A DNA stretch of 63,533 nucleotides, counting the filler, from Octopus bimaculoides (Eukaryota): NCBI RefSeq assembly GCF_001194135.2. It is 7 parts of 6 records of this genome, joined end to end, with 100 filler letters (N's around TTAATTAATTAA, not from the genome) between each part and the next. Parts side by side here need not be neighbours in the genome. Positions count along the whole stretch, not along the records: positions 37,912 to 50,918 come from NC_068991.1; positions 51,019 to 55,384 come from NC_069003.1; positions 55,485 to 62,054 come from NC_069008.1; 4 more parts are not named here. The stretch is one strand, 5' to 3'. Shown here piece after piece: positions 48,810 to 61,059 of the stretch (position 1 is the first letter of the stretch; every line of letters starts with the position of its first letter). The notes beneath the pieces are model-generated. The model searched no databases, was not told the origin of the DNA, and saw only the letters and a program-made list of their open reading frames with translations. Made by a program: the position numbers and the translations under genes.

Positions 48810-50460
48810 CAATGGGTGCTGAGCTAGATGTACCAGATTGGCTGACCGTTGCACAGACTACTCTTATCTTCAAGAACAAAGAGACCCATGTGGCTAAAAG
48901 CTATAAGCCTATAACATGCCTGAATGTTACGCACAAACAGTATACAGGTTGTCTGGATATGTTTCTCCAAGACCAAACAAATGGTGTGATAACTGATGAA
49001 CAGGCAAGAGGACAGAAAGGAGTTTGGGGTTGTGCTGAACAACTCAGCAAAGCTGTCCTTAAGAAAGCCAAACAACATCGCAGTAATCTCTTAATGATAT
49101 GCCTAGACTATAAGAAAGTATTCGACGCTGTGCTTCATTTACGGATAATAGAATCACTATACCTTGCCAAATATATGGTGATTCTTTCGGAAACGATGAG
49201 AATGTTGCATACGTTGGTATTGGGACTAAATCCAGAACAAAAGAGTAGTTCTACAAACTCTGGAAAATATGGAACTTAGAACTGTCTGCATTTAAGAAGT
49301 CACAATGCTTTTGTAGTGCCAGTGCTAGTGCCAATATTTGGGATATTGGACAAGATACGTGATGACATCCGCAGCCACGACATCAAAAGTAGAAAGGTAT
49401 TAACCCCCACTGACAACTTACACGTTATGAGCGACACTGACAGGATTTATGCGAGACGAAGTGATGGCAGTAGAGGCATAAGATCATACCAACCAGCCTT
49501 TGAATATCGCATTGCATCACTCAGAAAAACCTGCTGAACAATAAAGAAAGAAATTAGTACATTCCATGCATACTCAAAAAATGAGAGCTACATCTTCAGT
49601 GTTGAAGAACTACTCTGAGAATACGACCCATAGGAGGTTGGACTGGCCTAACTAAACAAAAGCTTGGAGGAGAAGCAGTCATCATATCAGCAAAACGCAA
49701 TGCATAGATACATACCCTGTAAGGTAGAGGATAACAACAACATTGACAGGAAGAGTAGCTCTCCTGGACCTGCGATAGATACATCACATCCCACCTAGAA
49801 GGATAAGCCTTCGCTATCTAGGAATAGAAGACAGCTACTAAATACCTAATAAACAAGAGGGTCAAAGATATTACCAAACCTCCATGTTGTAATAAAAAAT
49901 TTCGGCTCTGCTCGACCAGTGTGGAGAATATCCACTACATTGCTCCACAATGTCTATGAGATACTACCTGCCCCTGAAGCATGGTATAGTCGCAAAGACT
50001 TTACAATGCTATCCGCAAAAAGGATTGCACTGGCATATCAGAACTTGCCTGTATTCATACCTTTAAAAACAAAAAATACTGGTGTAACACTCCAATGAAA
50101 ACATCAATTTGGTATAAGCGTAACAGACCTGATATTGTTCTTTGGAACAGGAAACAAAAGTCATATACTGTTATGGAGGTCAGCTGCCGAGCAGATACAA
50201 ATGTACCATCAAAATTCCATGAAAAAGAGAACATTTATGGTGAATTAATGCAGAACTTACAGCTCTCATACCCCGACTGAGAATTCTTATTTGAACTTAT
50301 TGTCGTAGGTACATTAAGTTTTGTATCAAAAAATTTGCACAAAAACCTAGAAATATTCGGTTTCACAGAGAAAGAGCAAAAGAAACTGAGGCGGTTTCTT
50401 CAAATCCAATCTATAATTAGCATAGGGAAGATACATAAAACATTCCCTAGAGACTCCATC
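48810..50460 (+). mobile_element. Decayed R4/Dong-type LINE (RT + CCHC + restriction-like endonuclease), internally deleted
   Basis: WLTVAQTTLIFK...YKPITCLN...LDYKKVFDAV (RT N-terminal part), C-x2-C-x8-H-x4-C-like relic, RNRPDIVLW...MEVSC...EK..Y (PD-(D/E)xK-type). The distal RT motifs are missing. Confidence 0.85.
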
Positions 50461-50918
50461 TGAGATAGTTATGTGATGAGGTGCGCACACTTGGGTATAT
50501 GCATCGACAATCAACCATTATACCACCTCAGTTACATATTTACAAACAACGGGAACTCTCTTAACTCAGTCTTGTCACTTTGTTAGCGACTGGTTTATAT
50601 ACACACAAACACACATATATGTGCATGTTCATATATGTGCACACGGAGTTGCCCCATATCTATATATTCTTTTATTCTTTTACTTGTTTCAGCCATTTGA
50701 CTGGGCCCACGCTAGAGCACTGCTTTAAAGGGTTTTAGTTGAAGAAATTAACTCCAGGACTTATTATTTTTAAGCCTAGTACTTAATCTATAGGTCTCTT
50801 TTATAGAAACTCTAAGCTACAGGAAGTAAACGCCCCAACATCAGTTTTCAAGTGATTGGGCGGTGGGTAGGGGAGGGACAAACACAGACACAGAGACATG
50901 AATATATATACATATACA

Positions 50919-51018
50919 NNNNNNNNNNNNNNNNNNNNNNNNNNNNNNNNNNNNNNNNNNNNTTAATTAATTAANNNNNNNNNNNNNNNNNNNNNNNNNN
51001 NNNNNNNNNNNNNNNNNN
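50919..51018. other. Artificial scaffold-joining spacer
   Basis: 44N-TTAATTAATTAA-44N. Confidence 0.95.
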
Positions 51019-51059
<41 letters not shown>

Positions 51060-52189
51060 CATATAATTAAATATATATATATATATATATATATATTATA
51101 CATTATACACATGCGCTGCAATCGTATTGCGTAATTTTGTTCAACTAATTTCATTATTTTCAGTATAAATTATTCGTAATACAAATGGGACATTTTGGAA
51201 GTTAGACGCTAATGGTAGATGCGATGTAGTGCAATCGATAATACAGTTGCCAAACTAGTGATAATTCCCATTAATATGTCGCATAATCATTCATTTTCTA
51301 TCTCAAATTGCTACTTATGAAGTCTTACATCCCTGTGCATGTGTTTTTGTGTGTGTATGTATTATTATATATATCGTTTATATTTTTTTAAATTTTATTT
51401 CGGTAATTGGACGGCGGCCATGCTGAAGCACCGCCTAAAGAGTCTAGTCAAACATATCGCTCCCAGTATTTATTTTTCAGTCCTGATACATACATATATT
51501 ATCAGTCTCTTTTATCCAACTGCAAAGTTACGGCTATGTAAGCAAACCAACATCAGTTGTCACGTGGTGGTGGTGGGCGGGGACAAACACACACCCACAC
51601 ACACACACATATGTACAGGCAGGACAGGCTTTTGAGCTTCCGTCTATCAAATCCACTCACAAGGCTTTGGTCAGTTTAGGAGATCCATGCACAAGGTGCC
51701 ACGCAGTGGGACTGAACCTGAAACCACGTGGTTGGTGAAGAAAACTTCTTACCACGCTTGTGCCTCTGCATATTCTTTTATTCTTTTATTCTTTTATTCT
51801 TTTACTTATTTNNNNNNNNNNNNNNNNNNNNNNNNNNNNNNNNNNNNNNNNNNNNNNNNNNNNNNNNNNNNNNNNNNNNNNNNNNNNNNNNNNNNNNNNN
51901 NNNNNNNNNNNNNNNNNNNNNNNNNNNNNNNNNNNNNNNNNNNNNNNNNNNNNNNNNNNNNNNNNNNNNNNNNNNNNNNNNNNNNNNNNNNNNNNNNNNN
52001 NNNNNNNNNNNNNNNNNNNNNNNNNNNNNNNNNNNNNNNNNNNNNNNNNNNNNNNNNNNNNNNNNNNNNNNNNNNNNNNNNNNNNNNNNNNNNNNNNNNN
52101 NNNNNNNNNNNNNNNNNNNNNNNNNNNNNNNNNNNNNNNNNNNNNNNNNNNNNNNNNNNNNNNNNNNNNNNNNNNNNNNNNNNNNNNNN

Positions 52190-52190
52190 N

Positions 52191-52228
<38 letters not shown>

Positions 52229-52610
52229 ACACGTGTGATAAATAGCTTGCTTACCAACCACATGGTTCCAGGTTCAGTCCCGCTGCATGGCACCTTGGTC
52301 AAGTGTCTTCTACTATAGCCCCCGGGTCGACCAAAGCCTTGTAAGTGGATCTGGTCGACGGAAACTGAAAGAAGCCCGTCGTATATATTTGTATATGTTT
52401 GTATGTCTGTGTTTGTCCCCCAACATCGCTTGACAACCGATGCCGGTGTGTTTACGTTCCCGTCACTGAGCGGTTCGGCAAGACAGACCGACAGAATAAG
52501 TACTAGGCTGACAAAGAATACGTCCTGGGGTCGATTTGTTCGACTAAAGGCAGTGCTTCAGCATAGTCGCAGTCAAATGACTGAAATAAAATTTTTAAAA
52601 ATAAAAGAAA
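52190..52610 (+). mobile_element. SINE family 1
   Basis: Well-preserved head and tail with a short central microsatellite. Confidence 0.85.
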
Positions 52611-53335
52611 AATATGAGAGAGAGACAGATATGATTTGTTATACTTTAAGTTTCATGGTATAAATTATTATTCAGCTTTTTGGTAGCGTCTATAAATGAA
52701 TATGTTTGTTGCGTGTTAAATACAAAACCATGAAACTCAAAGTCGGTAACCAGCTAGCTTGTATTTTTCCCGTATTTCTGACACTGCATTCTTTGTCTTT
52801 TTTATCATATGGTCAGAGAACGACGTTGCGTGCACATGCGATTTTATACATGTATGTATATGTATGTATGTATGTGTGTGTGTATGTATGCGTATATATA
52901 TATATATATATATATATACATACATACATATCCATGTGCGTGTATGTTTATGAATGCGTATATGTATATATACGTGTGTGCATGTATAAGTGTATGTATA
53001 TGTTTGTATANNNNNNNNNNNNNNNNNNNNNNNNNNNNNNNNNNNNNNNNNNNNNNNNNNNNNNNNNNNNNNNNNNNNNNNNNNNNNNNNNNNNNNNNNN
53101 NNNNNNNNNNNNNNNNNNNNNNNNNNNNNNNNNNNNNNNNNNNNNNNNNNNNNNNNNNNNNNNNNNNNNNNNNNNNNNNNNNNNNNNNNNNNNNNNNNNN
53201 NNNNNNNNNNNNNNNNNNNNNNNNNNNNNNNNNNNNNNNNNNNNNNNNNNNNNNNNNNNNNNNNNNNNNNNNNNNNNNNNNNNNNNNNNNNNNNNNNNNN
53301 NNNNNNNNNNNNNNNNNNNNNNNNNNNNNNNNNNN

Positions 53336-53370
<35 letters not shown>

Positions 53371-54119
53371 ATATACGTCGTCTGTTGCTTTTGGAATGTT
53401 CATATTAGTTACGGCCCGTCAAACTTTAATGCTGAACATAGTAAAGAAACGACAACAAGCAGTGAGGTTTTACGGTCAGGATTACAAGAGAGAGGGGGAG
53501 AGAGTAACAACACCGAATAGTCTCTATTGTGAGTCGCAGAAGGTTGTAGGACTTGGTTAATTTCTATAGATTTTTTTTTTTTTTTACTGATACGTTTTTT
53601 GTTGGGTTTTTGAGAATTTTTTTTCATTTTCTGCCATATTATTATTATTATTATTATTATTGTGATACGTAAACTGTAATATTTTTGTAAATTTCTGGAA
53701 AAAAAAATTTAAAAATGGAAAAGTCAAGCGGCTTCTTTCTCTTTTGGTTCCCCCCACCTCACCCCACAACGAACTTAGACAAACATTAATATATGCGAAC
53801 ACAATCTGTTACATTTTTCGCTAAATACAAGGTCATATATTATACAAGAGGATTTATAATCGGGTCGCCGAATATTAATAATAATAATCCTTTCTACTAT
53901 ATAGCACAAGGCCTGAAATTTAGGGGTGTGGGATAGTCGATTACATCGACCCCCAGTACTCAACTAGTACTTAATTTATCGACCCCGAAATGATAGGCAA
54001 AATCGACCTTGGTGGAATTTGAACGCAGAATGTAGCGACAGACGAGGCTATAGTAAAAGACACTTGCCGGCGTGTTAACAATTCTGCTGGCTCACCGCCT
54101 GAGTAATAATAATAATAGT

Positions 54120-54686
54120 ACCAGTCAGTGGCTCTCATGGCTTCTGATCTTAATTGATTGGAAGTGTTATCATGTACATTGTTTTGTCTTGGTATAAAAG
54201 ATGGGCTACAACAAATATTCTGCTCAATACCACAGATTTGCTTGTCAGTTGTTTGACCTCAACCAGTTGAGCATGTTCCTTGGTGGCTGGGGATATGTGC
54301 ATCTCTGATCATGAGCAGAAGTAGTGGGGGAGCATCATAGCCATGTGTTGAGAGGAATTCTTTGGCGTTTGAATAATTCACCTCTACAAATATGGGTGTT
54401 TTGTTCATCATACTTAAACAAACCTTATTCGGGGACCTTTAGAGCAGGATGGACTACTCAACCTGAAGAAAATTCTAACTGGGGCCCCACTAGCAAGGTC
54501 ATGCGCTGTTTATCTTGATATGGAATCACTATGTCGTGCACATATGGTTGTGATGCATGTGCCTAGTGTACCCTTATCAGACGGGTAGTCATGATGGGTA
54601 TACTGGGCTTCGAATATTTTACCCAGTGTCACTTTGATCGCATGCACTGCTCTCTCACTCAATAATAATAATAATAATAATAATAA
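54120..54686 (+). mobile_element. Unclassified ~570-bp element flanked on both sides by (AAT)n
   Basis: Left flank GAGTAATAATAATAATAGT and right end CACTC(AAT)9. Partial copies at 5399-5693 (+), ~3760-3925 (-) and ~12335-12490 (-). No ORF. Confidence 0.75.
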
Positions 54687-55162
54687 CGATGACAATAGTC
54701 TAATTTGGGCATAAGAGTTTTAGTCGAACAAATCAACCTCGCTACCTATTTTAAAATTTGGTATTCTATCGGTCTCCTTTACCGAAAGACGACGTTACGG
54801 GGACGTAAACAAACCAACACTAATGGTCATGCGATTGGCGCGCGCGCGCACATATACAAAGCGACACGACAGGCTTCTTTTAGTTTCCATCTACCAACTC
54901 CCGGGACTCTGGTAGCAGAGACCTGCTCAATGTGCCAGAGACTGGCAGGGACCAAACCAGAAACCAGATGGTTTGGAAACAGACTTCTTTACTACACAGC
55001 CATTCCTCTGCCTCTGCCGACAACTGGAATGTCGTTGACCAATTATTGGTCTTCTCGACCAGAGAACGACCAAAAGGGAGACAACAATATTTCAGCAAAT
55101 CCTACCTAACACTATCGGTAGAACAATCTCACAATTCCATAGTTTTACATCGGATAGCAAGT

Positions 55163-55384
55163 CTCTTCCTCCTCCCACGCTTTTCCCCTACCCTCTTTTC
55201 CCCTGTCCTCCCACCCTCCTTTCTCTCTTATTTTCCCCTTCCTCCCTGTCCTTTCCCCTTTCCCACCCTTCTTTCCCTTCTTTCCTCTCCTCCTCTCTTT
55301 CCCCCTTCATCCCACTCTCATTTCCCCTTCCTCTCCTCCACCCCTCCCTCCCTCCTCCCACCCTCCTTCTCCCTTCTCCCTTCC
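55163..55384 (+). repeat. C/T polypyrimidine low-complexity tract
   Basis: Direct inspection. Confidence 0.85.
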
Positions 55385-55484
55385 NNNNNNNNNNNNNNNN
55401 NNNNNNNNNNNNNNNNNNNNNNNNNNNNTTAATTAATTAANNNNNNNNNNNNNNNNNNNNNNNNNNNNNNNNNNNNNNNNNNNN
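55385..55484. other. Artificial scaffold-joining spacer
   Basis: 44N-TTAATTAATTAA-44N; it truncates the zinc-finger ORF. Confidence 0.95.
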
Positions 55485-56144
55485 CTCACAATGATATGGT
55501 TTCTCACCTGTATGCTTGCGGTTGTGTTTAATTAGTTGCTGTTTTTGAGAGAACGATTTATCACAGGTATCACAATGATATGGTTTCTCACCTGTATGCT
55601 TGCGGCTGTGCTTATTTAGTTGTTGTTTTTGAGAGAACGATTTATCACAGGTATCACAATGGTATGGTTTCTTACCTGTATGCTTGCGGTTGTGTATAAT
55701 TAGAAGTTTTTTTTGAGAGAACGATTTATCACAGGTATCACAATGATATGGTTTCTCACCTGTATGCTTGCGGTTGTGTTTAATTAGTTGTTGATTTTGA
55801 GAGAATGATTTACCACAGGTATCACAATGATATGGTTTCTCACCTGTATGCTTGCGGCTGTGCTTATTTAGTTGTTGTTTTTGAGAGAATGATTTACCAC
55901 AGGTATCACAATGATATGGTTTCTTACCTGTATGCTTGCGGCTGTGTTTAATTAGTTGTTGGTTTTGAGAGAACGATCTACCACAGACATCACAACGATA
56001 TGGTTTTTCTCCTGTATGAGTGCATTTGTGTGTTATTAATGTAGGATTGTTAGAGAATAATTTCCTACAAATATCACACTGGTGTGACGTTTTCCTTTTC
56101 TTTTTTGATACTGTTTTATATTTAAACTTATTCACACTATTCAT
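55485..56144 (-). CDS. Tandem C2H2 zinc-finger protein (7 complete fingers, 3' end cut off by scaffold end)
   Basis: Repeated C-x2-C-x3-F-x5-L-x2-H-x3-H with TG(E/K)KPY linkers; 84-bp periodicity; no stops. A probable 5' UTR acceptor lies at 56508 (TTTCTCTATTATTTCAG). Confidence 0.95.
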
Positions 56145-56648
56145 CTTCCATTGTTTTTCTTTTCTTGTGCTCTACTGAGGTGTTAATCTTATTTAGATTT
56201 CTATAGTTTATTCCTGTTAAATATTTCTTCTACTGTGGTCCTTAGCAATATGTACATTGATGTACAAACTCCTTTTTAACTTTGTCCAAATTTAATTCAA
56301 ATGTAAAGTCATCTTTTCCACATTCCAGACAGTCAACAAAAGAATTATTGTTGTGAATCTGTTCAGAAAAAAATAAAATATTTCCCTGTAATTTGCCATA
56401 GATTTATATACGGAATGTCACATCTGTTCTGTTTAAAATTTTCCTTGAGCCTTAAAGTAAGAATTATTGAGGATGTATCTGCTGTATAAAATTCTTTGGT
56501 GCCAATGCCTGAAATAATAGAGAAACAACAGTATAAGATACAGGGAAGACTTAAAATACAACAGAATAAATTTAAGTATATTTCTAATAGAGACAAGCTG
56601 TAGGAATAAACATCTACCTGGATAATTGAACTGTATTCCACCTCCCTT

Positions 56649-56975
56649 CATCATCATCATTGTTTAACGTCCGCTTTCCATGCTAGCATGGGTTGGACGA
56701 TTTGACTGAGGACTGGTGGAACCCGAAGGCTACACCAGGCTCCAATCTGATTTGGCAGAGTTTCTACAGCTGGATGCCCTTCCTAACGCCAACCACTCTG
56801 AGTGTAGTGGGTGTTTTACGTGCCACAAACACGAAGGCCAGTCAGGCGGTACGGGCAACGGCCACGCTCAAAATGGTGTATTTTATGTGCCACCCGCACA
56901 AGAGCCAGTCCTGGGGCACTGGCAACGATCTCGCTCAAAAGTCCATTACATATGCCACCGGCATAAGTGCCTTGA
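56649..56975 (-). mobile_element. RTE LINE 3' tail
   Basis: High identity to 18411-18700. Confidence 0.8.
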
Positions 56976-57750
56976 AGATGTATATTATTGTGTAGAATAG
57001 GCATGGGTGTGTGATGAAGATGCTTGTCTTCTAATTATGTGGTGGCACTTTGGGCATGTGTCTTCTATTCCAGGCGAAGCAGTCTTGAAAGTGAATTTCA
57101 ACACGACATTTGTGTAGAAACCTGTTGTATATATTTGTATCTACACACACACACATGTATATATAGATATGTTGGTGCAAATACAAAAAAATAGAATACA
57201 AAATATGGGTATATGCATATTTTTATTAATATTTGGCAAAAGCAACAGGTCTAAGAATTTTGTGCATTGGCACTTATCTATATACACGCACATGTATATT
57301 GAATACAAAGAGTATATAGTGACCTAGCTGTGAGGGATTTTGGGCAGTATCATTCTTCAGAAAAAGTTCAATGTATTTTTTTCGTTTTTACTACATGTCT
57401 TGCCAATGCAGGCTACTCTAGCCTCTTTGATCATATGATTTAGTATGTACGTATGTGTGTTTATGCTTGAGAGCACCTTTGTTTTGTCATCATGTGATGG
57501 TTGTAAATGAACTGCACCAGCATACAAGTGATGTTTTCCTGTGAAAAACATATCTGGCCATGGGAATTGTTACCTTGCTTGAAAACAGCTGAGGGCTATC
57601 TACAAAAGGGCATGTAACTGTATAAAATTTGCTTCAACAAATTCCATCTGACATATGCAAACATGGAAAATTGAATGTTAAACGATGATGATGATTGTAA
57701 TATAGTAAATGAATTTAAATATATTAAAATATAAAACATAAATATGATTC

Positions 57751-58043
57751 AGAAATAAATCTATTTCTCAAACGCGTGATAATGCTATAAAATAGCGTGA
57801 TCAGGCTAAATTATCTATATAATGCAGAAAAATACACTACTGGCCAGCCATGAGACTTGAACTCACATCTCTGTGATTACGCGTCAAGTGTTTTACCATC
57901 AAACTAAACTGCCTGTAATCACAGAGATGTGAGTTCGAGTCTCGTGGCTGGCCAGTAACGTATTTTTCTGCATTATATGGATAATTTATCCTGATCAAGC
58001 TATTTGTAGCATTATCATGCGTTTGAGAAATAAATTTATTCCT
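57751..58043. repeat. Foldback, 130-bp arms (57751-57880 and 57915-58043), centred on a tRNA-like sequence
   Basis: Arms are reverse complements with few mismatches; 34-nt loop. Confidence 0.9.
57841..57913 (-). pseudogene. tRNA-Thr(CGT)-like pseudogene or SINE head
   Basis: GGCAGTT-TA-GTTT gatggt AAAC..TGA cgCGTaa TCA..GTGAG ttcaagt CTCAT-GGCTGGC folds as a cloverleaf. It has an acceptor mismatch, a weak anticodon stem, and G instead of U33. Confidence 0.55.
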
Positions 58044-58576
58044 GTATCTTACAATACATCTCAACGCTTCTAAAAACAAATTTTGTTTGTTTACTTTCAT
58101 CATAAATATGATTAATTTAGTATGACTTCATCTTTCATGCTAAACAGATTATTCTTTCAATGGGCTCAAAGAAAGCTTTATTTTGGTGAGTCACTCACTC
58201 ACAGACTCTTGAACAGTAAGCCTTGCAGGGTATTATCCAAAGATTTATGATGGAAGAACTGTAGACAGGAACCTTGCTGCGGGCTAGCCAGGGAGCTGGT
58301 CTGCTGTGAAATGGACTTCTAGTTAGGCAGGATTTCTATGAAGCAGGAGCTGACCTGTTACACTATATATATATATATATTTTTTTTTTTGCTCGGGTCA
58401 AACCCTTAGTTTGACCAAAAAGTAAACTAGCCTGGTGTAGAAAACGAATATGAAATAAAAATGCGCGCTGACAACCCTGGGGTATGAGAGTGGGGACTTT
58501 CAGAAAATTCACAAGATCCAATTTTTCCGTCATAACTTTCTAAAAAATGGATTATATATTGATCTTNNNNNNNNNN

Positions 58577-59219
58577 TAAAAGGCAGACTGTATGACGCAT
58601 GTGTACGAACAGCCATGCTTCATGGCAGTGAAACATGGGCTGTGACTGCTGAAGAGATGCATGCCAAATGCTCCGATGGATGTGTAAAGTCAGTGTGCAT
58701 ACTAGACAGAGTGTAAGTACCTTGAGAGAAAAGTTGAATCTAAGAAGCATCAGTTGTGGTATGCAAGAGAGACGATTGCACTGGTATGGTCATATGGTGA
58801 GAATAGCTGTGTGAAAAATTGCCACACCCTAGCAGTTGAGGGAACCTGTGGAAGAGGTAGGCCCAGGAAGACCTGGGATGAAGTGGTGAGGCACGACCTT
58901 CGAACATTGGGCCTCACCGAGGCGATGACTTCTGACCGAGACCTTTGGAAATATGCTGTGCGTGAGAAGACCCGGCAAGCCTAGTGAGACCTAAATCCAA
59001 GGCCTCTGCCAGCCCACTTATGCTGGACACATAACTCGGCTTGCAAAGACCTGTTGGGGCAAGCGAAAGCGAAATCGTGATGGCACCTGTGTCCAGCGTC
59101 GCCTTCCTGGCACTTGTGCCGGCGGCACGTGTAAAGACATTCGAGCGAGATCGTTGCCAGTGCCTCTGGACTGGCTCAAAGCACCCACTACACTCTCGGA
59201 GTGGTTGGCGTTAGGAAGG
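58577..59219 (+). mobile_element. RTE-clade LINE 3' portion (ORF2 end and 3' UTR)
   Basis: KGRLYDACVRTAMLHGSETWAVT...GRGRPRKTWDEVV...; small deletions and frameshifts. Confidence 0.9.
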
Positions 59220-61059
59220 NNNNNNNNNNNNNNNNNNNNNNNNNNNNNNNNNNNNNNNNNNNNNNNNNNNNNNNNNNNNNNNNNNNNNNNNNNNNNNNNN
59301 NNNNNNNNNNNNNNNNNNNNNNNNNNNNNNNNNNNNNNNNNNNNNNNNNNNNNNNNNNNNNNNNNNNNNNNNNNNNNNNNNNNNNNNNNNNNNNNNNNNN
59401 NNNNNNNNNNNNNNNNNNNNNNNNNNNNNNNNNNNNNNNNNNNNNNNNNNNNNNNNNNNNNNNNNNNNNNNNNNNNNNNNNNNNNNNNNNNNNNNNNNNN
59501 NNNNNNNNNNNNNNNNNNNNNNNNNNNNNNNNNNNNNNNNNNNNNNNNNNNNNNNNNNNNNNNNNNNNNNNNNNNNNNNNNNNNNNNNNNNNNNNNNNNN
59601 NNNNNNNNNNNNNNNNNNNNNNNNNNNNNNNNNNNNNNNNNNNNNNNNNNNNNNNNNNNNNNNNNNNNNNNNNNNNNNNNNNNNNNNNNNNNNNNNNNNN
59701 NNNNNNNNNNNNNNNNNNNNNNNNNNNNNNNNNNNNNNNNNNNNNNNNNNNNNNNNNNNNNNNNNNNNNNNNNNNNNNNNNNNNNNNNNNNNNNNNNNNN
59801 NNNNNNNNNNNNNNNNNNNNNNNNNNNNNNNNNNNNNNNNNNNNNNNNNNNNNNNNNNNNNNNNNNNNNNNNNNNNNNNNNNNNNNNNNNNNNNNNNNNN
59901 NNNNNNNNNNNNNNNNNNNNNNNNNNNNNNNNNNNNNNNNNNNNNNNNNNNNNNNNNNNNNNNNNNNNNNNNNNNNNNNNNNNNNNNNNNNNNNNNNNNN
60001 NNNNNNNNNNNNNNNNNNNTGGTGGTGGTGGGGATTGAAATTTTTCAAAAAATTTTTTTTCAGAATCGGAATCTCCATAGCCTAAAACGTGGGATTCCGT
60101 AAAAAAAATTAATTAATAAGGGGGGGGGGAAGGTTCAGATTACATATAGTCCATCTCTACCGGGTGAACTTTGAGCCCCTTATTAAACTTTATAATATTA
60201 AAATAAGGCGATCTGCCTAATTATTAAATATTAATGTTTGTTTCTCATAAAATGGTGTATATTTAATTTACATTCAATTATTACTTACGATTATCGGATC
60301 ATCTAATCTCCAACATCTAGAACGTAGGAATCCAAAAAAAAAAAAAATTTTAATGAATTTTTCAAGGCGAGGGGCAATTCTGCATTAGCTCCGAATTATC
60401 GACGCCTTTATTTTTTGCTCACCCATCAAATTCCAAGAAAAATCAAAATGCACATCTAAAAGGTATTTGTTGAACGTTATATATTGAAACATCCAGTCTT
60501 CACACACGTGTAGTTAATGTCAATCTACTTAATCATTGATTTCATACAAAGTGGTGAATAGAATTAATATCAATGTGTGTGTGTGTGCATAACAACATCA
60601 AAACGGTTTTACATAACTCGTGTACGACCTTTGCTAAAATATCTGTATTATTATAACTTAACTGCCCTGCTACACAAGTCTGTGTCTTTAGTGAAATATC
60701 TTGAGTAACTGCCCCAAGGCGCCAATAAACTCGAAGTAAACTTTTACAACAGAAGTTAAAAAAACAGACTCGGAAACACAAATGATGAAATGCATTAAAT
60801 AGGCACCTAGAAAAATACATGAGTATTATTTCTACACAAAAAATAATAATTTCAGATATATAGTCATTTTTAAATATAGTGGAATTTTAAAAAGTTTAAT
60901 TGAAGAATAAAATATCGAGCTACAGTCATTGCCAATGATTTTGGTAAACACCGATTTTTTTGTTATATCGTGTGAAATATCATGTGAATGTTAATCATTT
61001 AATATTACTTTAATATCTAATATTATTGTTATTTGTTTGTGATGTGAAGGAGGAAAAGA

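Noticed and set aside
46140-50460. Active LINE or domesticated reverse transcriptase gene
   Set aside because: Numerous stops, frameshifts, a mutated YADD motif in the Tx1 relic and a large RT deletion in the Dong-type relic.
55485-56060. CRISPR-like array of regular repeats
   Set aside because: The 84-bp period is the coding repeat of C2H2 fingers; there are no unique spacers or cas genes.
2392-60085. Long ORFs in the track made of X runs or IY/CV/HT repeats
   Set aside because: They span N-gaps or translate dinucleotide microsatellites.
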